Below are positions 18,321-25,667 of a stretch of DNA of 25,667 nt, piece by piece; the first letter of the stretch is position 1, and each line of letters starts with the position of its first letter. The translations under genes were made by a program, and so were the position numbers. Source of the stretch: Thermoanaerobaculia bacterium (GTDB lineage: Bacteria; Acidobacteriota; Thermoanaerobaculia; UBA5066); assembly GCA_038245905.1 (NCBI GenBank), contig JBBRRY010000041.1, forward strand, positions 1-25,667, given 5' to 3'. Below the pieces are notes generated by a model. The model was not told the origin of the DNA. It saw nothing but the letters and a program-made list of their open reading frames with translations, and ran no database searches.

Positions 18321-19715
18321 TCATCCGTGGATGCGCGCGAGCTCGTCGAGCGCAGGCTGGTATCGGGGATTGCGCGCGAGAACCGGCTGAAGCGCCTTCT
18401 CGGCCTCGTCTTTTCTGCCAAGACGGGAAAGAGAGCCAGCCAGCAGAATTCGCGCCGTGTCCGTGCGTGAGTAGTAATCCGTTCCGCCGAGGCCAGAAGG
18501 CCCTCCTTCGGAAAGCACCTTCCCGAAAAGGTCGGCGCTCTCGGCGAATCGACCCACCTTGAAGGCCACGAGGCCGCGAACGAACCTGAGATCTCGCGCG
18601 TAGCCCTTCATCTTTTCCGGCTCGCCCTCCGTGGGGACGGCTTTCTCGAGAGCCTCGAGAGCCGCCTCGGCCCCAACGGCATCGCCCACACGCGCGAGGA
18701 AGACGGTACGACGGAAAAGCGTATTGAGAGCCATCGAGTCCGCTTCGCTTCCGGCCGGGAACGTCCGTGCCTCGGCCGTCATCTCGTCGAATTCCTTGCG
18801 CGCTTCTTCGGTCTTTCCGGCGTCGAAGAGCGCGAGGACCGCGAGGAACTGGAAATCCGCCCTGATCCAGGGGCCGGACGCGGCGTCGGCGGCCTTGCGA
18901 AAAAAAGCGGCTGCCTTCTCGGGATGGCCGCGGCCCAGCTCCACCGAGCCAAGGTGACCATAGGACGCGAAGAAGTCCTCCTTGATGGCGAGAGCCTTCA
19001 GGAGGTTCTCTTCGGCTTCGTCGTACCGCCCGATGCGAGCGTACATCTCGCCCAGCGAGTCGAATGGATTCGCCTGATCGGGCGCGAGATACCGGTACCG
19101 CTTCAGGAAGTCCTCGGCCTTCGCGAAGTCGCCGCGCTCGGCCCAGTAGTAACCGAGCACGTTGTAAGCGGTCGCGTAGTTCGGATTGATGGCGAGGAGG
19201 CGCTCGTATTCCGCGATGGCGTCCTCGTTCCGGTTGACGTTCGACAGGTGGTTCGCCCGCAGCCGGTAGCCCTCCGGGTCGTTCGGGAAGCGTTCGACGT
19301 ACTCGTCGAAGAGCTTTCCGAGAACGGCCATGTCTCGCCGGCCCCAGCGCTCCTCGTAGATCCGGAGCACGAGCTTCTCGCGTTCGGTGATCTCGTCGCG
19401 ATAGCGCGCCGCCGACGCGAGGAGCGATTTGGCCCGGTCGGGATCGCGTCCGCGCATCTTGTCGGCGAGACGCAGAGTCGCCATGACGAAGTGAGGGTCT
19501 TCCTGGAGCGCGGCCGCGTAGCCGGACATCGCCTCGCGCTCGTACATCTTCAGGTCGTTCTCGGACGCTTCGTGATACGCCTTCCAGGCCTTCTCAGACG
19601 ACGTCGTGACGTCCCGGCGGGCCCTCATGAAGTATGCCCCGGCCGTTCCGGCCACGGCCAGCCCGGCTACCACGAGGGTGAGAAGGATGGGGCGCAGGGA
19701 GCGGGGAGACGTCAC
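18321..19715 (-). CDS. Membrane-anchored/exported tetratricopeptide repeat protein
   Basis: N-terminal hydrophobic helix; repeated TPRs (AIAEYERLLAINPNYATAYNVLG, DSLGEMYARIGRYDEAE). Start GTG 19715 or 19718. Confidence 0.9.
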   Translation of the reverse strand: MTSPRSLRPILLTLVVAGLAVAGTAGAYFMRARRDVTTSSEKAWKAYHEASENDLKMYEREAMSGYAAALQEDPHFVMATLRLADKMRGRDPDRAKSLLASAARYRDEITEREKLVLRIYEERWGRRDMAVLGKLFDEYVERFPNDPEGYRLRANHLSNVNRNEDAIAEYERLLAINPNYATAYNVLGYYWAERGDFAKAEDFLKRYRYLAPDQANPFDSLGEMYARIGRYDEAEENLLKALAIKEDFFASYGHLGSVELGRGHPEKAAAFFRKAADAASGPWIRADFQFLAVLALFDAGKTEEARKEFDEMTAEARTFPAGSEADSMALNTLFRRTVFLARVGDAVGAEAALEALEKAVPTEGEPEKMKGYARDLRFVRGLVAFKVGRFAESADLFGKVLSEGGPSGLGGTDYYSRTDTARILLAGSLSRLGRKDEAEKALQPVLARNPRYQPALDELARIHG

Positions 19716-19721
19716 CACCCG

Positions 19722-19727
19722 ATGATA
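19722..19727 (-). promoter_or_regulatory. Candidate -10 element TATCAT for a leaderless TPR-gene transcript
   Basis: TATCAT lies 6 nt before the in-frame GTG 19715; no SD sequence. Confidence 0.45.
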
Positions 19728-19748
19728 CGCGCCGCCTGCGTCGAAGTT

Positions 19749-22361
19749 TTACCCGATCCGCATCAGAACGAACGTCTGGTCGTCGTACTGTTCGGCCTCC
19801 TGGGTGAACTGCCGGATGTCCTCGAGAAGCTCGTCCGCGAGCTCCGGGAGCGGCAGCCGCGCATGGCGTACGAACGACGCCTTGAGCCTTTCGTCCCCGT
19901 ACGGTGTCATTTCGGCCGACATCGCCTCGTTGAGGCCGTCCGTGTAGAAGAGGAGGAGGTCGCCGGGCGCCAGGTAGAACGTGACGGTGTCGTAAGGCAC
20001 TTCGCGGAAGGCGCCGAGAGGGAGCCGGTTCGCCGGGGCGGGAATCTCCACTGCGGCACCCGCGCCCGCGCGGACGAGAAGCGGGGTCGGCTGCCCGCCG
20101 AACGCATATGTGAGAGACAGAATCTTCGGATCGAAAAGGAAATACGCCAGCGACACGAACATCCGCCGCTTGATGTCGTAGAGGCGCCGGTTCGCTTCGC
20201 GGAACACGACGCCGGGATCGGGATCGGCCATCGCGCGCGCGTAGACGATCTCCTTCGCCGCGACCATGAGGAGGGAGGCCGGAATCGACTTCCCGGAGAC
20301 GTCCCCCACGACGAGGCCGAGGCGTCCGCCCTTGCGCACGTCGCCGTCCACCTCGAGGAAGTCGTAGAAGTCGCCGCCGACGACACGGGCCGGACGGCTC
20401 ACGCCGAAGAACGAGACGCCGGGCACGCGCGGCAGCGCGCGCGGAAAAAGGCTCGTCTGGATCTCGCGAGCGATGTCGAGGTCGCGCTCCATCTCGGCGC
20501 GCTTCGTCAGCTCCTCGTGCAGGCCCGCGGCCTCGAGTCCGAGGGCACCCTGATTCGCGATCGTGAGGAGGTGGTCGAGGTCCTCACGGGAAAGCTCCTC
20601 CTCCGAGCGCTTGCGCCCAACCGCGAGAAGCCCGAGAAGCTTACCGTGCGTGGCGAGCGGCAGCAGGACCGTGACGGGCCGGCGCTTCGCGGCCGTGACG
20701 AAGGCGCGGGAATCGGCGTCGAGGGTCCAGCCGTCGAGCTCCGCGAGCCGGACCGGCACGCCCTTCTCGAGGACGAGGCGAGGCAGCACCGCCCCCATCG
20801 GAAGCGCGGGCAGCCCCGCGCCGGCGCCGGACCCGTCGGCGAAGGCGCCGTCCTCGGCTCGCGGAAGAAGTAGATCGAGGCTCTCGAGCCGGAGGAGCTC
20901 GGCCGTCCTCGACGTCAGGAGCGCCCGCAGCTTCGGCCTTTCGAGCTGGGAGACGACCGAGCGGCTCATCTCGAGGAGCGCGTGCTGGAAGTCCGCGCGG
21001 TCGCGGAAGAACAGGCGGTCCACGACGCGCTGCATCCGCCTGCGCAGGGGGTCGAAGAGGAGCACGACGACGAGGGTGAAGCCGAACGCGAACACGGGAG
21101 ACGCGAGGAGCGTCGACGACGAGACCGTCGAGACGAGGGCGTTCCCCGTCACGACGCAGAGCGCGTAGAACCCCGTGACGACGGCCGTCAGGATCGCGTA
21201 GACGAGCGACTTGCGGACGATGACCTCGACGTCGAACAGCCGGAACCGCACGATCGCGTAGGCGAACGTGAGCGGAATGATCGCCATCGGAACGACGCCC
21301 CACGCGAGATAGCGGTCCTCGCGGAACAGCGACGGGAAAAAGACGGCGAAAACGACGAAGGGCACGATGCCGGCCACGGTCCCGAGGAGGAGGACGAGGA
21401 TGGGCCGGCGCTGGGCACGGTCCTCGCTCGTCCACCACGTGTGCGCGAGCGCGAGGAGCCCGAGGATGAGGTAGTCCGCGAGGAGGATCCAGTTCAGCGT
21501 CGGGGCCCCGTAGATGAGGCGCCTCAGCCTGCCCTGGTGCGCGCCCGCCATCTGAAGCACGTAGAGGACCGGCGGCAGCGTGTAGAGAAGGGTGAGGAGA
21601 AGGGGCGACCGGTTCAGGAAGCGCTGGAGCGTGCCGAGCCACCGGGCGGAGGGCGGCACGCCGGCGGCTCGCTCCGCGAACCGGAACGTCTTCTTCGCGG
21701 GGAAGAGCAGGAAAAAGTGGAGGAAGACGGCCGGCAGTAGGAAGAGGGCGAGGGTCCCCGCCACTTGCACGACGTAGTCGATCCAGTAGTAGCTGGACGG
21801 CCTCAGCCGGCAGATGAAAAAGAGCATGAAAAGGAGGCAGAGGACGTAGAAAACCTGGACAGCGGGGTCCTCCGGGCGCCGCGAGACCACGAACGCCCCG
21901 AGTACGAAAAAGAGAAGCCCCAGAAACGCGAAGTAGAAGTAGGACGCCGATCCGAGCCGGAACGGCGTGAGAATCACTTTCGTCTCGAAGACCTCGCCCT
22001 CGCGGCTCACGAGGTAGTCCACGGCCTCGCCCGCTCCGTGCCGGCGCAGCTCGGGGGGCGCCTCGGCCGCCTTGTTGAGCATGCGGTGGCCGATACCGAG
22101 GACCGTGTCGCCTGTCCTCAGGCCTGCCTTTTCGGCTGCCCCGCCCGGCACGAGGTCCCGGACGACGATGCCCCCCGTCGAGTACGGATCGGGCACGACG
22201 CCGTCGTAGGCCTTCGGCATGAACATGTCCACGACCGACAGGACCGCGAGCAGGCATGCGAGGACGCCGATGAAGACGAGGAGCGGTCTCGGCGAGCGCG
22301 AGCGGCCGGGTACGCCGCCCGCGCCCTCCGGGCTGCTCGGATCCGGCGACAGAACCGACAT
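19749..22361 (-). CDS. Membrane sensor phosphatase: TM-PDZ-multi-TM-GAF-PP2C/SpoIIE
   Basis: PDZ (GIVVRDLVPGGAAEKAGLRTGD); several TM helices; GAF-like LLGLLAVG..IANQ; VGGDFYD, GDVSGKS, YTDGLNEA and DDQT. Likely start ATG 22361. Confidence 0.92.
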   Translation of the reverse strand: MSVLSPDPSSPEGAGGVPGRSRSPRPLLVFIGVLACLLAVLSVVDMFMPKAYDGVVPDPYSTGGIVVRDLVPGGAAEKAGLRTGDTVLGIGHRMLNKAAEAPPELRRHGAGEAVDYLVSREGEVFETKVILTPFRLGSASYFYFAFLGLLFFVLGAFVVSRRPEDPAVQVFYVLCLLFMLFFICRLRPSSYYWIDYVVQVAGTLALFLLPAVFLHFFLLFPAKKTFRFAERAAGVPPSARWLGTLQRFLNRSPLLLTLLYTLPPVLYVLQMAGAHQGRLRRLIYGAPTLNWILLADYLILGLLALAHTWWTSEDRAQRRPILVLLLGTVAGIVPFVVFAVFFPSLFREDRYLAWGVVPMAIIPLTFAYAIVRFRLFDVEVIVRKSLVYAILTAVVTGFYALCVVTGNALVSTVSSSTLLASPVFAFGFTLVVVLLFDPLRRRMQRVVDRLFFRDRADFQHALLEMSRSVVSQLERPKLRALLTSRTAELLRLESLDLLLPRAEDGAFADGSGAGAGLPALPMGAVLPRLVLEKGVPVRLAELDGWTLDADSRAFVTAAKRRPVTVLLPLATHGKLLGLLAVGRKRSEEELSREDLDHLLTIANQGALGLEAAGLHEELTKRAEMERDLDIAREIQTSLFPRALPRVPGVSFFGVSRPARVVGGDFYDFLEVDGDVRKGGRLGLVVGDVSGKSIPASLLMVAAKEIVYARAMADPDPGVVFREANRRLYDIKRRMFVSLAYFLFDPKILSLTYAFGGQPTPLLVRAGAGAAVEIPAPANRLPLGAFREVPYDTVTFYLAPGDLLLFYTDGLNEAMSAEMTPYGDERLKASFVRHARLPLPELADELLEDIRQFTQEAEQYDDQTFVLMRIG

Positions 22362-22371
22362 GCTTCCATTC

Positions 22372-22401
22372 AGTATACGAATGGCGTGCCAAGGTGGTTC
22401 C
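22372..22401 (-). promoter_or_regulatory. Candidate promoter elements for the PDZ-phosphatase gene
   Basis: TGGCACG-CCAT-TCGT (sigma-54-like but GT at -12), TATACT and GGAAC-N17-CGT overlap within 30 nt. Confidence 0.35.
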
Positions 22402-22441
22402 GGAGCCGAGGGCCCTCCGCGCATGCAAGAATCCCGTCGTC

Positions 22442-23086
22442 GTGACCCGCGGGCTTTTCGTGACATTCGAGGGGATCGAGGGCTGTGGGAAATCGACCCA
22501 GCTGAACCGCGCGGCCAACTGGCTGAGAACCCGGGGGCATGCCGTCCTGACGACGCGGGAGCCTGGGGGAACGGCTCTCGGCAAGCGAATCCGGTACGCT
22601 CTCCTGCACGCGCGAGAGAGCGTCGAAGCGGGCGCCGAGCTCCTGCTCATGGTGGGCGACCGGCGGCAGCACCTCTTCGAGACGATCGAGCCTGCCCTTG
22701 CGGCCGGCGTAACCGTCTTCTGCGACCGGTACGCGGACTCCTCACGCGCCTACCAGGGCGCCGGCCGGGCCTTGGGGGAAGCGGCCGTCGACGAGCTCCA
22801 CCGCCGGTGGTGCCCGCGCGTCCCCGATCGCACGTACCTCTTCGACTGCCCCGTCGAGGTCGCGCTCGGGCGCGTCGCCAAGAGGAGCGGCGCCGGCCGC
22901 GAGAAGATCGACAAGTTCGAACGCGAGGAGATCGCGTTCCACCGCCGCGTGAGGACCGCCTATCGCCGCCACGCGCGACAGGAGCCGAAGCGATTCGTCG
23001 TCATGGACGCCTCGCGGCCCCCGGACGACATCTTTCTCTCACTCGAAGAAAATCTTGAATCTCTCTTCCGGAGGCGCCGCCCGTGA
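22442..23086 (+). CDS. tmk: Thymidylate kinase
   Basis: FVTFEGIEGCGKST, TREPGGT, CDRYADSSRAYQG, DKFE; precedes a holB-like gene. Confidence 0.96.
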   Translation: MTRGLFVTFEGIEGCGKSTQLNRAANWLRTRGHAVLTTREPGGTALGKRIRYALLHARESVEAGAELLLMVGDRRQHLFETIEPALAAGVTVFCDRYADSSRAYQGAGRALGEAAVDELHRRWCPRVPDRTYLFDCPVEVALGRVAKRSGAGREKIDKFEREEIAFHRRVRTAYRRHARQEPKRFVVMDASRPPDDIFLSLEENLESLFRRRRP

Positions 23087-24045
23087 TCGGCAGGTCCGGC
23101 ACGTCCGGCACGCCCGTCGTCCTTCTCGCGGGCCCCGGGTCGCGCCGGCTCGAGGCACTGGCTCTCGAGGCGGCTGCCGAGGCCATCTGCGGGCCCGGTT
23201 TCGATCCCGAATCGTCCTCCGCCCGACGCGTCTTCCGCAAGGAGCACCCGGACCTCATGGTCGCCGCGCCCGAGCGGCGGCGCCGCGTGAATCCCCCGGC
23301 CTTCGAGGAAGGCGACACGAAAGAGACGACCCTGCCGACCGCGCTCGTCCGCGCGGTGGCCGCCGACGCCACGCGGTTCCCTTACGAGGCCGCGCGTCGC
23401 GCGATCGTCTTTCTCGACGTGGATCGCACGGAGGCCGCCGCCTTCAGCGCGCTCCTGAAGATCCTCGAGGAGCCCCCGGCGAAGACGCGCTTCGTCCTCA
23501 CGGCCACGCGGCCGCGCCTCCTCCCGCCCACGATCCTCTCGCGCGTCGCGCTCCGGCCTGTCCGGGGCGGGACTCGTGAGGAGACCGCCGCCGCCCTCCT
23601 CGGCCGCGGGCTCGGCGAGGAGGAAGCCGCCGCCCGCGCCGCCTTCCTGCCCCACGACGTGGACGAAGCCGCCGAGCTGGACGTCGCGGAGGCGCGGGCC
23701 GTGCGCGATGCCCTCCTCGAGGCCGCGAGCGGAGTCTTCCTCACGGGCTCTCTATCGTGGGCGCTCGCGCTCGGCACGCTCCTGGGAGAAGGCGACGGCC
23801 CGGAGGCCGTGCGCCGCCTCCAGCTCCTCGCGCAGCTCCTCCGCGACGCGGCGGCGGCGCCCGTCGACCCGGCCGGGCGCTACGTCCTCTTCCGCGAGCG
23901 CTTCAAGGACCTCGCGCGTCTCGGCGCGGCGCCGGCCCCGCGCCTCCTCGACGCAGCCTCGGACGCGCTCGACCTCGCCGCGAGCCTCACGGACTCCCGC
24001 CGCAACGTACGCCTCGCGGTCGAGGCGTACGCTCTCGGATTGTGA
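23083..24045 (+). CDS. holB: DNA polymerase III delta-prime subunit-like clamp-loader protein
   Basis: HPDL, AFSALLKILEEPP and LLPPTILSR motifs; GTGA coupling to tmk; conserved tmk-holB order. Confidence 0.85.
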   Translation: MIGRSGTSGTPVVLLAGPGSRRLEALALEAAAEAICGPGFDPESSSARRVFRKEHPDLMVAAPERRRRVNPPAFEEGDTKETTLPTALVRAVAADATRFPYEAARRAIVFLDVDRTEAAAFSALLKILEEPPAKTRFVLTATRPRLLPPTILSRVALRPVRGGTREETAAALLGRGLGEEEAAARAAFLPHDVDEAAELDVAEARAVRDALLEAASGVFLTGSLSWALALGTLLGEGDGPEAVRRLQLLAQLLRDAAAAPVDPAGRYVLFRERFKDLARLGAAPAPRLLDAASDALDLAASLTDSRRNVRLAVEAYALGL

Positions 24046-25667
24046 GCACGGGCGAACGGCCGCTCTCCTCTGCTGCGAAGACGCTCGCGATCCTCCTCGC
24101 GCTCCTCGCCCCGGCACGGATGGCGTGGATCGTCTTCACGTTCGGAGAGAACAACCTCTCGAACGACTACGTCGCGCGGGTGCCCGTCGTCGCGGAAATC
24201 CTCGAGGGACGCTACCCGTTCACGCACATCTTCGGAGACGCGTGGATCTGGGGCGGGCACTCGTGGCTCACCATCCTGCCGATCTACTGGTTCGAAGCGC
24301 GGTTCTTCGCCTGGGACCTGAGGGTGGAGCTCGGGATCGGCCTTCTCCTGTCCGCGCTCAAGGTGCTCCTCGTGTGGCGCGCGGCGACACGGTTCGTATC
24401 TCGACGAGCGCATTTCGCGCTCCTTCCGGTCCTCTCGACGCTCGCCTTCTCCGTCTCCATGGTCACCTCCTTCACCTTCGGGGAGTCGGCCCTGCAGATG
24501 CAGCTCGCGCAGGTGTTTCTCGCGGCAGGATGTCTCGCGTTCGCGCGCCTCGAGGGCCGACCGGACCTGCGCGCCGCAAGCCTCGCCGGCTGCGGCGTTC
24601 TCGCATCGTGGTCCTGGGGCGGCGGCGTCATGGCGTGGCCCGTCTTCACCGTGGCTCTCTTCGCGTCGGGCGAACGCGCCCTGCGGCGCTGGGCGTGGTG
24701 GATGGCCGCTGCCGCACTCGGCCTCTCTCAGTACGTCTGGTTCCTGCTGGTGAAGCCCCTCCCGCAGGTCGTGACGAGTCCGGGACTGCACGGGCTCTGG
24801 CACCTCCCGGACCTTCTCGGACGCCCATTCGTGAACGGGACGGGCCCCGATTTCAGCCACCGCACGTCCGCGCTGGTCATCGGAGCCGGCGGCCTGGCGC
24901 TCGCCGTGGCCGTCCTGTGGTGCGCTCGGGGCGAGCTCGAGAAGAGAACGCCGGCCCTCGTCGTCCTCGGCTGGAGTCTCCTCCTCGCCGTCCAGATCTC
25001 CGTCCTTCGGACGGACGTCGCGCCCTGGTACATCGCGCCGATGACGGTCTTCTGGCTGGGTCTCGCCTGCCTCCTGGCGGCCGCGCCGCGCTGCCTCGCG
25101 CTCGCCGGGTTCGCGTCGATCGCCGTTGGGCTCCTCTTCTCGAATCGCACATGGGAGGATAAGTCCTTCTACCTTCCGTCCCGCGCGCCCGCTTCCGCCG
25201 CGTGCCTGCGCGAGTGGCGGACGGCTCCCGCGGAGTGTCACGACCGCGTCTTCCAGTGGGGCAAGCCCGGGTTCCGGCCTGACGAGCTGGCCGTCCTCGG
25301 GGAGGCACTCGAGAGGCGCGGGCTCTCGGTCTTCGGCCCCTCGCGCACGTACCTCCTGCAGGGCGACGTCGCGGTCGGACGCGTGTCTTTCGCGACGTCC
25401 GCCCGGAGAGCCTTCTTCTCACGGGACGGCCGCACGCCCGCAGATGCCGGCAACTTCCGCCGCCTCGACCTCGTTCTCGCCCCGGGCGCCGCCGTCGCGT
25501 GGCGCATCGACCTGCCGGCACAAATAACGTCGGCGCGGTTCGAGACGCGAGTCCGCGTCCGGGCGGACGACCCGTTGCTCGCTCGCTCCGCAAGAGCGAC
25601 GGTGGAAGGCTCCGCTTCGGTGGCGCACGCCCTCGTCGCACGCGGCTCGGCGGAGCCCCTCGTTCTC
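24042..25667 (+). CDS. Polytopic membrane protein, possibly GT-C-like glycosyltransferase; 3' end outside the window
   Basis: Not in the ORF track. GTG 24042 overlaps the holB stop and the frame is open to the window end: MSTGERPLSSAAKTLAILLALLAPARMAWIVFTFGENNLSNDY..., many TM helices, then a soluble domain. Confidence 0.8.
   Translation, partial: MSTGERPLSSAAKTLAILLALLAPARMAWIVFTFGENNLSNDYVARVPVVAEILEGRYPFTHIFGDAWIWGGHSWLTILPIYWFEARFFAWDLRVELGIGLLLSALKVLLVWRAATRFVSRRAHFALLPVLSTLAFSVSMVTSFTFGESALQMQLAQVFLAAGCLAFARLEGRPDLRAASLAGCGVLASWSWGGGVMAWPVFTVALFASGERALRRWAWWMAAAALGLSQYVWFLLVKPLPQVVTSPGLHGLWHLPDLLGRPFVNGTGPDFSHRTSALVIGAGGLALAVAVLWCARGELEKRTPALVVLGWSLLLAVQISVLRTDVAPWYIAPMTVFWLGLACLLAAAPRCLALAGFASIAVGLLFSNRTWEDKSFYLPSRAPASAACLREWRTAPAECHDRVFQWGKPGFRPDELAVLGEALERRGLSVFGPSRTYLLQGDVAVGRVSFATSARRAFFSRDGRTPADAGNFRRLDLVLAPGAAVAWRIDLPAQITSARFETRVRVRADDPLLARSARATVEGSASVAHALVARGSAEPLVL

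Noticed and set aside
23094-23111. Tandem 9-mer GTCCGGCAC x2
   Set aside because: Only two in-frame copies encoding SGTSGT; unremarkable in GC-rich DNA.
23576-25241. ORFs 23576..25162 (+) and 23880..25241 (-)
   Set aside because: Arg/Pro-rich shadows of the real membrane-protein frame starting at 24042.

Overview
GC-rich window from a diderm bacterium (OmpA-domain protein, lipoproteins, sigma-54 activator; overall character suggests Acidobacteriota/Thermoanaerobaculia, which is inference). It starts with the end of a formate dehydrogenase operon (gamma-subunit tail, fdhE). A long minus-strand region follows, listed here in transcription order: PDZ/multi-TM/GAF/PP2C phosphatase, TPR protein, GAF sigma-54 activator with a GVATG loop, large secreted protein, then an 80-aa membrane peptide behind a near-consensus sigma-54 promoter, an RsbW-RsbV-RsbU partner switch, a two-lobed aspartyl protease lipoprotein, pcm with a signal peptide, a coupled operon of exported proteins (two paralogous lipoproteins, a coiled-coil protein, OmpA-domain, DUF4412-like) and a hemerythrin. 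A mycobacterial ICL2-type isocitrate lyase interrupts this region on the plus strand. The window ends with tmk-holB and a polytopic membrane protein that the ORF track missed. The best candidate for an undescribed system is a partner-switching circuit with no sigma factor in the window, apparently wired to sigma-54: the soluble phosphatase and the activator share a paralogous GAF module, and the switch operon is led by a sigma-54-promoted small peptide. No RNA genes, CRISPR arrays or mobile elements were seen.
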